A DNA stretch of 64,000 bases from NCBI GenBank assembly GCA_012295275.1, contig CM022670.1:41726001-41790000 (forward strand), in the 5' to 3' direction. The notes below the pieces were generated by a model. That model was not told the origin of the DNA. It did no database searches and saw only the letters and a list, made by a program, of their open reading frames with translations. This DNA is from Chrysomallon squamiferum (lineage: Eukaryota > Animalia > Mollusca). A program made the position numbers and the translations under genes. Below, one piece after another: positions 33,180 through 47,206 of the stretch (position 1 is the first letter of the stretch; each line of letters begins with the position of its first letter).

Positions 33180-33630
33180 TTTAAAAAAGAACCACTTCTA
33201 GCTTCCAAATGTGGTTCACTAAACACCATTAAAACCGGAAGTAAATAAATTCATTATATTGCGCATGCTTAATATTAAAGAAAGGGTTGGAAAAAAGGTC
33301 AACTTGGCCATTCGCAAAGACGCCATTTTCTACAAGTTATAGATTCGTTGTTGTTTTTCATATCGTTAAAAGGGAAAAAAAGGTAAATGTTTCCAGGGTT
33401 AAAAGTATATTTTATTATTATTAATGTTGTTTACATTGTTAAACATGACATGCGAACGAATCGCGCATCTCCGATGTTAGTTTCTTTACTCTCATTGGCG
33501 GGGTCTTGAGCAAGATGATTGGGCGAGTGATCTCGCAAACAGGCACAAGTTATTGGTTGAATTGCCTCAGTCCTTGCTTTGATTTCTACATCAATGTCCA
33601 CTCATAGGTCTTGTTACGTTCTTCCAATCA
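33180..33630. promoter_or_regulatory. Bidirectional promoter of MED8 and NF-YC
   Basis: ETS-like CCGGAAGT ~33235, NRF1-like TGCGCATGC ~33260, YY1-like CGCCATTT ~33321, probable non-coding NF-YC exon donor AG|gtaaat at 33382, CCAAT/ATTGG at 33494, 33518, 33552, 33624. Confidence 0.6.
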
Positions 33631-33832
33631 AATATGATGATAAAATCGTTACTTAGTGTTTCCACTTACACTTCGTCAAATAGTTCCAAAACTGTTTCGT
33701 GATGGATTTGTTTATTTTCTCCATTTTGAACCAAATGTTTTACATTCGTCGACTTCTACCAGTTTCTAAATCCATATTCTTGAACCTTTAATTATAGTTC
33801 ATTTCAGAATCAAATAGAACCACCCAAAAGTT

Positions 33833-33886
<54 letters not shown>

Positions 33887-34977
33887 TCTGTTGATTCTAA
33901 AAGCCCCATATAATTCAAAACATTATTGAAGTTTTGTACCTATCATCCTAGACCTATGTTAGTATGTAATTGTGGCTATTATTAAAGTGTCTAAATTTGC
34001 TCTTAGGTCTGTTTTATGAATCTACTTGAAAGTGCATGATTAAGATAGTACAGTGTCAATGTGATTAATGAAATCATACATTAAAATACTTTGTGTTTTA
34101 TACATTTTAAAACTGGCCAGTATAACAACATAAATAGAATTTAGGTTTAAGACTTAAGGTATTTCACCATGTTTATAAAACAAGAAGATGGTGAAAACTG
34201 TATGAGGTTTGTGTTAAATTTTTTAAAATAATCTGTCTATATTAGTTTACAAACTTGATGTTATCAGTTTGTGAGCTTTTTCAAATGCAAACGTGTATTT
34301 ATGAATAATTAGACAGATATGTTTGCTTACACGTATATGTGTGTGTTTTTGTGTTGATGATGAAAGTCAGTTGTCTGGTATAGTTGCTGTGAATAAAGTA
34401 AAAGTTTTAGTAATTTGAGTGTGTAAAGACTTATAACATTCTGGTTCTGTTTAAGTAATCTTCTCTCAGAAAAGTTGAAAATTGCATTTGTCATCATCAT
34501 AGATTAGTGTCGTGTTAAAAACTAAATACACACAAGTATACCATTGTTTCTAACTCCATTGTTAAACTTATTGTAAATAACATTCGTAAAAAGTAAAAAC
34601 ACTTGTGCACAAAGCTTAACGCATTTATTTTATATCAGTATGAAAAATAGATGCAAATATAGATAGATAGATTGATATGAACATTAGACATCGGTATGAT
34701 AATGATCTGTGTGTATGTTTGTAATGTATAAAATAGATATCTACTGATACGAACATTAGACATATTTAACATAATCTTGTGTAAAATGTGTCGCCAACAT
34801 TTTTTAATAATCTGTTATTTATAACAACATTTTTTAATAATCTGTATTATTGTTTAATATCAGTGAGGGTACATGAGTAAACAAAAAGGACAGTTTTTGC
34901 TGATTTAGTTTTTTTTAGTTTATTGTGGGGTATCAAACACAGTAATGAGACTGAAGTTTAATGCTTGTTACAGGGGA

Positions 34978-35995
34978 ATGTCTACCAACACAGGAGACTT
35001 GGGATTCCAGGCAACTGGGGCGTCAGATCAGGCAAAACAGATGCTACAAGAATTTTGGCCAAAAGGTCTTGAATCTATCAAAAATCTGACAAGTGTAAGT
35101 ATTCTGAAAACATCACACACAAACTGTTTGATATCTGATAACTATATGTGTTTTTATTTTCATATTCATTCATATTCTCAGAAAAAAGTTGCATAAATGT
35201 TAATATTCTAAGTTAGAAAAATACTGTGACATCTGATTATAATAATGTTATGTAAGTTTTAAATGTTTAAATATCTGTCCATTTATAAATTTGGATGTGA
35301 CGTATTTTATTCATTTAATTGTTTCTGTAAAAGGTTCTGTTGTATTTTTGAATATGTTTACACCTTTCAGAATGATTTCAAAAGCCAAGAGCTGCCCCTG
35401 GCCAGAATCAAAAAAATTATGAAGTTAGATGAAGATGTAAAGGTAACAAAAAATTGTAAAGATGATTTACAGCTAATAACAATTATTATTTAAATTTTAA
35501 GATATATTTATTTATATATCAAGAGTTTAAATCTGAAATAAATCAAATCTGTTTTGTGTCTGAAAAACAAGTCTCTTTGTTGGCTTAATGCATAACTGAA
35601 TTTTCAGTCATGGATGACACAGCTCTGTGTATCTGGTTCAGTCCACAATGGTGTATGCTTAACTGTATACGTGATAAGAATTAAATATATGTACCAATAT
35701 TAGCTAACATCTTAAATAATGTTTTTGATGTATAACTGTTACTTGGTAACATTTCCATAGATATAAATAATCTTTTAAGATTTATCAAATGTTAATAAAG
35801 TAAATAAATAATGATAAATAACCAATGCTGGCAAATTTAATTTTCGTTTATTTAATGAGAAACCACTATGATAATTGTAAAAATCATCTTTATCAATTTT
35901 CACTTCCTATCTCTTTCTGATACTCAAAACCCAATATATTTTTTTAACAAGGGTGTATTTAGATTTTCATTTATTCATTCATTATCATTTTTACC

Positions 35996-36046
<51 letters not shown>

Positions 36047-39000
36047 GTTAAACAAAGCTGTATGTGTTAATATTGTCAGATGATAAGTGCAGAGGCTCCT
36101 GTGTTGTTTGCGAAAGCTGCAGAGATTTTTATCAGTGAGTTGTCACTTCGTGCGTGGATCCACACAGAAGACAACAAACGAAGAACACTGCAGGTGAAAT
36201 CTTTGTTACACTCTCCATCTTCTCAATTAGCTCTTCCACTTCTTTGTTAGCTCTTCCACTGTGTTTGTAACTCTTCCACTGTATTTGTAACGCTGAAAAT
36301 CTTTGTTAAACTCCATCTCCAAATCTTCTCCAGTTAATTAGCTCTTCCACTTCTCAAATAGCTCTTCCACTGTGTTTGTAACACTGCAGGTGAAATCTTT
36401 GTTAAACTCTCCATCTTCTCAAATAGCTCTTCCACTTCTCAATCTTTCCACTGTAAATTTTCCACTGTAAACACTGCAGGTGAAATCTTTGTTAAACTCT
36501 CCATCTTCTCAAATAGCTCTTCCACTTCTCAATTAGCTCTTCCACTTCTCAAATAGCTCTTCCACTTCTCAATTAGCTCTTCCACTTCTCAAATAGCTCT
36601 TCCACTGTATTTGTAACACTGCAGGTGAAATCTTTGTTAAACTCTCCATCTTCTCAAATAGCTCTTCCACTTCTCAAATAGCTCTTCCACTGTATTTGTA
36701 ACACTGCAAGTGAAATCTTTGTTAAACTCTCCATCTTCTCAGTTAGCTCTTCCACTGTGTTTGTAACACTGCAGGTGAAATCTTTGTTAAACTCTCCATC
36801 TTCTCAAATAGCTCTTCCACTGTATTTGTAACACTGCAGGTGAAATCTTTGTTAAACTCTCCATCTTCTCAAATAGCTCTTCCACTTCTCAATTAGCTCT
36901 TCCACTTCTCAAATAGCTCTTCCACTGTATTTGTAACACTGCAGGTGAAATCTTTGTTAAACTCTCCATCTTCTCAATTAGCTCTTCCACTGTGTTTGTT
37001 AGCTCTTCCACTGTATTTGTAACACTGCAGGTGAAATCTTTGTTAAACTCTCCATCTTCTCAAATAGCTCTTCCACTGTATTTGTAACACTGCAGGTGAA
37101 ATCTTTGTTAAACTCTCCATCTTCTCAATTAGCTCTTCCACTTCTCAAATAGCTCTTCCACTGTATTTGTTAACACTGCTCTTCCATCTTCTCAGTTAGC
37201 TCTTCCACTGTGTTTGTAACACTGCAGGTGAAATCTTTGTTAAACTCTCCATCTTCTCAATTAGCTCTTCCACTTCTCAAATAGCTCTTCCACTGTGTTT
37301 GTAACACTGCAGGTGAAATCTTTGTTAAACTCTCCATCTTCTCAGTTAGCTCTTCCACTTCTCAATTAGCTCTTCCACTTCTCAAATAGCTCTTCCACTG
37401 TATTTGTAACACTGCAGGTGAAATCTTTGTTAAACTCTCCATCTTCTCAATTAGCTCTTCCACTTCTCAAATAGCTCTTCCACTTCTCAAATTGTAACAC
37501 TTCCAGGTGTAATTTTTGTTAAACTGCCAACTGAAATCTTTGTTAAACTCTTCCATCTTCTCAAATAGCTCTTCCACTGTGTTTGTTAGCTCTTCCACTG
37601 TAATTTTGTTAAACACTTCCAGGTCAAATCTTTCCACTTAAACTCTTCCATCTTCTCAATTAGCTCTTCCACTTCTCAATTAGCTCTTCCACTTCTCAAA
37701 TAGCTCTTCCACTGTGTTTGTAACACTGCAGGTGAAATCTTTGTTAAACTCTCCATCTTCTCAATTAGCTCTTCCACTGATTGGTTACAAAACCACAGTA
37801 CAAATGTTATATTGTGACAGAGTTTAGTTTTCTGTTTATAAATGCTACTGTATTACTAGATTGTATTAAGAGTAATTTTGTTTTTCAGAGAAATGATATT
37901 GCCATGGCGATATCAAAATATGATCAGTTTGACTTTTTGATTGACATTGTCCCCAGAGATGAACTGAAACCACCAAAACGATCTGTAAGTGGTTTATGTC
38001 ATTGCACACAGTTTACTTGATAATCTCTCACACATCTTCCTTGAACAGTTTCTCATTCAATCCTATACCATGCTGGGGTGTCATTAAACATTCATTCATT
38101 CATTCACTTCTATTTAGATTATGTTTGTCATCACTGGTTAAATCTGATCTGCTGTTAGAGAATATTGTTGTATGTAGAAAGATGCTTAACAGATAGGTAG
38201 CTATTAGTATACATTAAGCTGAGTTTGTGAATTTAGTCTGATATTTTGTTTTATTTAAATCCTGGTTTACAATGGTATTAAATTTAAAAATCCCACTAAA
38301 TGTTTTTAATTCACAGTTTATTAGGTTTTAGTTTATTAATTATATTTGATTTTAGGATGACAACAGAGTGACATCATCATCAATCCCAGATCAAATCCAG
38401 TACTATCTGCAGATGGCACAACAACAATCCCAACAACAACAACAGCAGCAACAACAACAAACAACACTACAGCCCACTGTTGTGACAACACCACAAGCAG
38501 TTGCTCAACCACAACCAGCACAAGCAACCAGTCAAACCCAGGTCTCCTCTATACAGTTACCAAGTAAGACTTTTACTGAAATCTGTGTGTTAGATTGTTA
38601 CATCTCCTCTATACAGTTACCAAATAAGAGTTTTACTGAAATCTATGTGTGTTAGATTGTTACATCTCCTCTATACAGTTACCAAATAAGAGTTTTACTG
38701 AAATCTATGTGTGTTAGATTGTTAAGTCTCCTCTATACAGTTACCAAGTAAGAGTTTTACTGAAATCTGTGTGTGTTAGATTGTTACATCTCCTCTATAC
38801 AGTTACCAAATAAGAGTTTTACTGAAATCTGTGTGTGTTAGATTGTTACATCTTCATGTACAGTTACCAAGAAAGAGTTTTATTGAAAGATGTATGTTAG
38901 ATTGTTACATCTCCTCTATACAGTTACCAAGTAAGAGTTTTACTGAAATCTGTGTATGTTAGATTGTTAAGTGTCCTCTATACAGTTACCAAATAAGAGT

Positions 39001-40631
39001 TTTACTGAAATCTGTGTGTGTTAGATTGTTAAGTGTCCTCTATACAGTTACCAAGTAAGAGTTTTACTGAAATCTGTGTGTGTTAGATTGTTACATCTCA
39101 TGTACAGTTACCAAGTAAGAGTTTTACTGAAATCTGTGTATGTTAGATTGTTAAGTCTCCTCTATACAGTTAACAAGTAAGAGTTTTACTGAAATCTGTG
39201 TGTTAGATTGTTAAATCTCATCTATACAATAGCAATGTAAATACTGGTGGAATATACTGAATAAAAATTAACCATAATTAAGATAATTAAGAGTATTGTG
39301 TGTGATAAAATCTACATATTATTATAAACACAATGTTTGTTACTGTTTTTTGTCTTTTCTTAATTTTAAATCTTAGTAAAGTTTACTAATTATTTTATTT
39401 CAGCTGGACAGATTATTCAGCAGCCGTTCCAGGTGCAGGTGAGTCAACTTGCAGTCTAAAGTAACTTGATTTAAAAGTTTAAAAACTGGAAATGGGTGTA
39501 ATATTTAATAAATTAGTTTTTGTCTTACTTGTAGACTTTGAGAGTGTGTGTGTGTGTGTGTGTAAAATTTATATTTATATAGTATATGTTTTTGTATTGA
39601 GAATGCATTTGACTTGTGTTAATAATGTGTGTATGTTTACAAAGAGTATGTATTTAAAAATAATGTTTTGTTATTAGCAAGCTGCAGTGACAACAGCACA
39701 ACCACAAGTGATCCAGGTCCAGGCACCACAAGTTCAACAGATCCAGCAACCAGTGCAGGCACAGGTACAGCAGGTTCAGGCTCAACCTGTTGGACAGACG
39801 ACTCAGGTGTACCAGCAGGTAGTGACACCAAGTGGGCAGATTCAAAACATACCAGTAAGTGTTAACTGTAGTTACGTATGAGTGTTAAATATCTTTATAC
39901 TGTCTTCCAGCAAGTGCTAATATTATAGCAGTATGTATTAAATAATATAAATATATATCAGTGTTAAATATTATGAATATGTACACCAGTTTATTTTATA
40001 TAATATGTATCAGTAAGTGCTGGTATTATAAATGTTTATCAATATGTGTTGTGTAACTGTTACATTTTAAAAATACATGTTAATAATGTTGTTTTTCAGA
40101 TTCAACTGACTGCCAGTCAACTGCAAGCTATTCAGATGCAGCTGCAGGGTAAACAGACCGGAGCAAACCAGTCTATTGTCATACAGACCAACCAGGTGGC
40201 GCCAGCTGCAGAGACTATAAACATTACTGACCAGAACATGCAAACCTTTCAACAGGTACAAATTGTAAACCTTGAAACATCAAATAGATTTATTTTGTAC
40301 GAATTGTGCAGTGACAGCATACTTCTATTAAATAAATCATGCCAATTTAAATGGTTGTGAATTTTCCGGTTACAGTAGCTTACAAAGTGATAATTACTAT
40401 CACACTAAGCTAACAAAATAAAATCTATTAATTTGTAAAACAGTTACGTTATTGTATCAGTACAGGTAGATTTTTAGAGTGGAGATTGATTTGAAATTTG
40501 TGTTTTAATTGCAGCCTGTGTATCAAGTGCAGCAGATACCAGGAATACAGGGAGCTCAGCAGATCTTCATCCAGCAACCAGCTGGTTCAGCAGACACAGA
40601 GAACCAGTCAGAAAACCAGGAAACATCCTAA
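34978..40631 (+). CDS. NFYC: Nuclear transcription factor Y subunit gamma
   Basis: Exons 34978-35094, 35371-35442, 36080-36193, 37889-37984, 38356-38563, 39404-39438, 39678-39854, 40100-40255, 40515-40631. Histone-fold [30 protein letters not shown]...[30 protein letters not shown] plus Q-rich C-terminus. Confidence 0.97.
36184..37779 (+). repeat. Complex minisatellite whose unit includes the NF-YC exon end and donor (aacactgcag|gtgaaatctttgtt), with nested 19-bp subrepeats
   Basis: Direct reading; about a dozen copies of the junction. Confidence 0.93.
38543..39225 (+). repeat. ~60-bp minisatellite whose unit includes an NF-YC exon end and donor (tctcctctatacagttaccaa|gtaaga)
   Basis: About 11 units, the first overlapping the exon. 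Confidence 0.93.
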
Positions 40632-40682
40632 CAGCTAAGCCAACCTGCTACAGTACCGAGTCACACACAAAGAATGGTCTAG

Positions 40683-41312
40683 TGCAAAAACATAAAAATA
40701 TACAAATACTGCTACAGTGCAAAAATATACAGATACTGCTACAGTGCAAAAATATACAGATACTGCTACAGTCCAGATTTATACACAAATATTGCTACAG
40801 TCCAGATTTATACACAAATATTGCTACAGTGCAAAAATATACACAGATATTGATACCATCCAAATATATTCACAAATATTGCTACAGTGCAAAAATATAC
40901 AGATACTGCTACAGTGCAAAAATATACACAAATATTGCTACAGTCCAGATTTATACACAAATATTGCTACAGTGCAAAAATATACACCACAGTCCAAATA
41001 TATTCACAAATATTGCTACAGTCCAAAATATTATACAGTGCAAAAATATGCTACATATTACAAAAAATATAAACAAATATTACCACAGTCCAAATATATA
41101 CACAAATATTGCTACAGTGCAAAAATATACACAAAAATATTATTGCTACAAAATATAAAAATACACAATCCAAAAATACACAGATAGACATAATGCAATA
41201 ACATACACAAAAAATGCCATACTGAAAAATGTACACAAATATTGCTACAGTGCACAAATATACACAAATATTGCTACAGTGCAAAGATATACACAAATAT
41301 TGCTGCAGTGCA
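40683..41312. repeat. ~27-30-bp degenerate minisatellite (attgctacagtgcaaaaatatacacaaat) downstream of the NF-YC stop
   Basis: Direct reading; source of the pseudo-ORFs at 40682-41566. Confidence 0.9.
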
Positions 41313-41968
41313 GACATACAGAAATACATGCCATACTGAAAACATTCTGCAGTGTCTGTGTACAAAATGCATGTTGTGTGTGTGAAAAATGCAGTCTTCT
41401 TGCAAAAAGGAAAAAAGCACACGGATGCGGCCCCAGATCAAAACATATCTTTGGATTATTCTCATCTTTGTTAGACAATATTTCAACTGAACTTTTAAAA
41501 CTTTTGGCCCTGGTAAAGAAAATCAAACTTGAAAAGTGTTTTCAGTCAAAGTGTTTTTTTATTTAATGATCATGAAGGGAGTAGAAAATAAAATAATTTT
41601 ATTCATTTTTGATCAAGTCTCACCTCCAACAGACATTGTTTTTCTGCCAGTGCCTGATGATCCCATGTCAGAAATTGTGTCAATCAGAAATTTTACACAA
41701 AAATAATTTTCTGTTAATGGATAACTGATGTGACATCTTTGTTGTTAAGAAAACAAAATCACATTGAATCTAATAACACAAGTTAAACAACTTTGTCATT
41801 AAATATGAAAATTTTACAAATTTAGGTATATTTTAAGAACTTGACTGATGTGTTTGGATAAGAGAATTTACTGTGAAAAAAACTCAATTTTATCTATATA
41901 TTGTAACACCATACTTTTATTTTCATTTGTGGAACAGAAATAAGTTCATAAATCAGATTTTATTGTTT

Positions 41969-42003
<35 letters not shown>

Positions 42004-42731
42004 TTTTTTAAATTTATTTATTGTTTTGTTCTGTTTTGTATAAAAAAAAAAAAAAAATTAGGAAAAGATGTTTTACAGATACTATGTCTGATTCAGATGT
42101 TTTCTTTCTGACAAATACCTTAAGTGTTCACCTTGAAAAACCATCAAAACTTACAGTTGTGAAAAGCACAACACATTGTTACATGTTTGTATGTATACAA
42201 ATGTTCTGTGAAAAACACAACACCTTGTTACATGTATACAACTGTTCTGTGAAAAGCACAACACATTGTTAAATGTATACAACTGTTCTGTCCTCATCTT
42301 GTTACCCTTGTTACTGGAAACACAACTGTGCATGTCAAGTAATTACTTTACAATGTATTGTGTTATTGCTATTTATACCAAGAAGAAAGAAAAGAATAAA
42401 ATTCCTCATGTCTAAATTTTAACCCTTGTTTCAGTAAATATTTTCATTGTAAAGTTGTTTAAATGGTAATTTATTTTTAGTGATGTGAATGAAACGTGAA
42501 AAACATCTGTATTTTGTTCATTATAAGTCATGATGTTGTAGAGTTCAAAATACAAACTAAGGGCCACAACTGAAATTGTATTTTAGTTTTCATTTGACAT
42601 TTTACTTTATATTATATATATATATATTTTTTTTTTAATGTTAATTTGTTTCATTCTGTTTGCTGATAAGTAGGTCCCATACATTTGCTGTGGTTTCTGT
42701 ATTTTTGAAATTATTATCATCATCATCATCA

Positions 42732-42778
<47 letters not shown>

Positions 42779-43077
42779 TGTTGATTTTTAAAAAAAAATT
42801 ATTTACTTACTTGTTTACTTCTTTTTTTTAAATTTATTTTATTAGTACTACTTATTTTACACGTTTTTTACCTGCAATTAAGATCCAAATCAGATCTAAT
42901 TTAACTCGGAACAAAGTATTTTCATAGTAAATAATAAGTGATCTATCGCAGAAAATACAGTTCCGTCCCAGAAAGCTACGTTTCGAGGTAGCGGCGAAAT
43001 GTAAAAATGTATCTTGCCTCTACGAACAATGGTTGATGCATATAAATCAATAAATAAATAAATAAATAATAAATAAA

Positions 43078-43108
<31 letters not shown>

Positions 43109-43522
43109 TAAATTGTTTTGTATGTTTTTGATATTTCCTACTGAGACGTACTAGAAAAACTGACCTATATATTCTGGACGCATTGAGTCAGTGTTAGCAA
43201 ATTTTTATTCTATTTCTGGACTAACAGTTTGTTCAGAAACAAAAAATAGGATAACGTAATCAGAAATATGGATATAGTTCAGATAACATCAACAGTGAAA
43301 AAAGTTAAAAAAATAAACCAGAAAAAAAGAACAACATAATGTAACCTAGAGAGCAAAAGCTGCCTCGCAAACGATTTATTGAATTGTACTGGCTGTAATT
43401 TGGAACATAATTTTTATTATTAGTAGGTTAATGAGACTAATAACGGAGAAAAGATGTAATTTGACATTGATTTTGCTAACCATGTTCTTAATTGTACCTT
43501 CTCTGTCATTATTTCAAAAAAC

Positions 43523-43587
<65 letters not shown>

Positions 43588-43681
43588 AAAAAAAATAAAA
43601 ATAAAAAAATAAAATTGGAAAAACATCAACACACGTTACGTACAACTTATTTTCACATTCTCACCTTTACTATTATTATTA

Positions 43682-43728
<47 letters not shown>

Positions 43729-45459
43729 GCTGTGATATCTCCGCAACTCTAAAATTATATTAATTACTCGGGGTTTTAATTCAAATCAATAGGACATTTC
43801 ACATTGACTACGTCACTGATCTAAAACTTGAAAGAAGAGGGAAAAAAATAATAAAAATTAAAATAACTGTTTGGCGTCCATCCTTTTCAGTTTATTCCGG
43901 TTAGAGAAATTTTTATTGTTATTGTTTATTTTGTGTGTAGAACAGCGTCGTGTAGGGAGAAAAAAAAAATGTAGTTTTGTTACTCGTGGTTAGAAGGGAT
44001 GATAAAACACAGAAGACTACAGAAGACAATTGTCAAGCTAGAAATTGTACACAAAACACTATGAAAGTTCATGTAGCTAATGTATCAGTGTATTAGAAAT
44101 TCACTAAACAGAACAGGACTTGTTTTTCAAGATCTTCTCCCACCCTCAGTTTGAAGCTCAATAGCACTGAGTCTAGATCTAGAAAACGTATTATCATAAA
44201 AAAAAGTAACTGAATTCTTATGCTAGCAGCAAGTATTAAAGTGACAGTCTGGGTCAAACAAAACTGGTAACTCAGGGGTCTTGCACATTATAATAACTGA
44301 ACAGAACACAAAACGATGTTCATGCTGTTGCGAAGGCGCAAGTGGTATATAGGTTCTGTAGTCAAGGCGGTTTGTTGCTGATTCACAGTGACTATAATCA
44401 TAACAGCCTGGTAAACTTTGTTTTGAGAATTTGAAAATTAACAAAATCAAAAAATCAAAATATTTGAAAGTCGAGCGGTGACGCTAAACAAATATTTGTT
44501 TATATGTGGCCTAACTATCTAGTTATGTCGATAGTAATTATGAAAAATAAAAGTAATAATGTGCACGCTTTATCAGTCATTTCGTAAAAAGAAAAGGGAA
44601 ATGCCGCCTTTAAATACAACGTCTTCTACAGTATGGACAACGACAGCAAAATATCAGTTACAGATGTCATCACCGTTTAAAACAGTTATTTTGTTCACTG
44701 TTCCAGTCGTTGGTGCTTTGCTTATTGTAATTTACATTGTGATGACGATTCTGAACAGAGTACAATGGGGATCAGTAACTAAAAAGTCACTGGATGTGTA
44801 TGTACGTACCGTCACGAACAAACGCTCGATAAAACACGTTACTTGTTGTCCCCGTGTTCCTAATTTCGTGTCGGCAAAAAGATACTTTTTAGAAATTCTA
44901 AGATTTATAAAGATAATTTATAATGGATGGATGAAGTTTACTTTTTCTTAAAACACACGATGAAAGGCAGTTTAATGGATATAATTCTATTCTAGGATTA
45001 CCAGTAACGGTGCATCATAAATTAGGAAATGAAATTAAAATTATTCATTTAACATAAAAAGCAGAAATGTTTGTGTCAAGAATATTTTCCCTTTACTTTT
45101 TAATGTTTAATGAAATCTCAATTGGCTTTTTTTATGTGTTATAGTTGTAGAGAAAGGAATGACGTCACTGATACTCCATGGTGATATCTCAATCATTAGG
45201 ACATAATTTAAATGAAAACAATACGACAACGGTAAGATATCATCTTTTTGGATGTTCGAAATAAAGTTAGGATATTTTTGAATTTCTGGATTTCGGATAA
45301 GGTATCCTGAACCTGTACAAGCATATCTGAGGTGTTTATGAAAACGCAAAGTCTGGTTAGTATTGCAGATATATTAACATAAAATATAATTGAAAAGACT
45401 TGTTGATTGCCCACATAACATTGAAAAAATAAATACAGAATTAGTTTTTCAGAACTTCT

Positions 45460-45630
45460 TTATTTGCTGTTACCTCCTACATACTTAGTATGCTTCCCTT
45501 GGGCTACCACAGTTCCGTCTGCCTTGTTACAAATGTCCACTGATAAAAACGCCAACTTCCGGCCGACGTGCAGAGTGTGCGCATTAATCACAATCTCTGA
45601 TCCTATAGGAACTGACTTCATGTAACTGCA

Positions 45631-45693
<63 letters not shown>

Positions 45694-45772
45694 CGTGTAT
45701 CTTTTTTCACTGTTCTTTTCAGTGTTATTCCTTTTGTTGTTCCTTTAATAATTCAATATTCTAATACCAACC

Positions 45773-45861
<89 letters not shown>

Positions 45862-46520
45862 CATCACTTACGATATATTCATGTTGATGCTAACACCGGG
45901 AACGTTGTTGGCCGTCGTCATCAACGCCCACGTCGACACGGCATCTATCAGCAGAGCAGTGGTGCCGCCATGAAGCACGCCTTTTATGTTGGATATTTCC
46001 TGTGTTACCGGAAGTTCACACGTGCATTTGCCTTCTGCTCCGTCCACAATTTTGATCTGTTGAATAAAATAATGTTATAGATATTTTTCACAACAACAAC
46101 CGTAATAATAATAATAAGTAGAAGAACTAGAATGAGGAGAGAGAAAGAAAGAATATAAGTTTAATATCATGTATCAAGTTAAAGGACAATATTTGACCAT
46201 GATTAAAATTTCCTTTTTACGCAAGAAATAACTTTATGTTTTTCAGAAATCTCGTATTTATTTATTTATTTGTTTGTTTGTTTTAATGTGAGATATTTTA
46301 CTGCATTTATTTTAATGATTTAAGTTTAGAGTTTTCAAGTTGTCAAAGGTGAAAACATTTACTCAGTCTGGTCCGTGTCTTCGTTTTTGTGCACTATTTA
46401 CTAAACACACATCTTTGATTCCGCGTTTACCTTATGCAAAACTGCATCGAGTCCGCCCGCCTGTATTCGCTGTTTCGCTATTTGTTGAAGTAGTTGCAGA
46501 ACTGATCCAGCACGACTCAT
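45460..46520 (-). CDS. ACOT13: Acyl-CoA thioesterase 13 (THEM2, hotdog fold)
   Basis: Exons 46520-46431, 46056-45872, 45625-45460. N..GVLHGGTTALLID..ST.AL...PGVSINMNISYM....G..I.I.A..L..GRKLAF..VDI.NK..G..VAQGKHTKY; not in the ORF track because the exons are short. Confidence 0.92.
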
Positions 46521-46845
46521 TTTGTCAAAATCTGAAAATCTTTAAAATTCGATAATGAAAGGTTTCCCAACAAAGTCATTTTCAAATCACACCTCCGTCT
46601 CGGACTAGCTTCTCGATAAAAATTGTAATATCTGTATTCTGTATTGAGGAAGTGTATGGAGTTATGCAATACTGTTTAAAGATCGATGATTGTTTTATTT
46701 TTTGTTTGTTTTTATTATTTATTTATGTAATTAATATTTATTCACTTTAATATTTCGTTTGTATAATTATTTACTTTGCTTATTTTTATTTATTTATTTA
46801 TTTACTTAATTATTTATTTATTTTATCATCATCATAATCATCACC

Positions 46846-46901
<56 letters not shown>

Positions 46902-47066
46902 TAAACAGTTAAAGTTAGAGTGATCGTTATTATTTTTATATTTTATGTTTCACGGTTACGTTAATTTATTAAGATCCTTACAGAAAAAGGTCTATTTTCA
47001 GAGTCGAGACACCTGGTTGAGTTGTTTGACTTCAGTTTTATAACTGTGTTTAACATGTGTAACTTC

Positions 47067-47206
47067 AGCTTTGCGCAGTGGCGATACCGTAGCCAGTGAG
47101 GTTTATCCGAGGCGTGGTTATTGCTATTTGAAAACTATTCCCAATACCCAGAACGGACGCCCTTCATTGGGCGATAAGTTCAATTTTTGATAGCCCCTAC
47201 GGGGGC
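47067..47206 (+). ncRNA. U4: U4 spliceosomal snRNA, copy 1
   Basis: AGCTTTGCGCAGTGGC...GAGGTTTATCCGAGGCG..TTATTGCTA.TTGAAAACT.TTCCCAATACCC, Sm site AATTTTTG, terminal hairpin GCCCC-TACG-GGGGC. Confidence 0.93.

Noticed and set aside
40682-41566. Overlapping 100-160 aa ORFs after NF-YC
   Set aside because: Translations of a degenerate tandem repeat downstream of the stop codon
44223-44450. Minus-strand 75-aa Cys-containing ORF
   Set aside because: Lacks the six-Cys spacing of the cluster; no recognisable motif or partner exon
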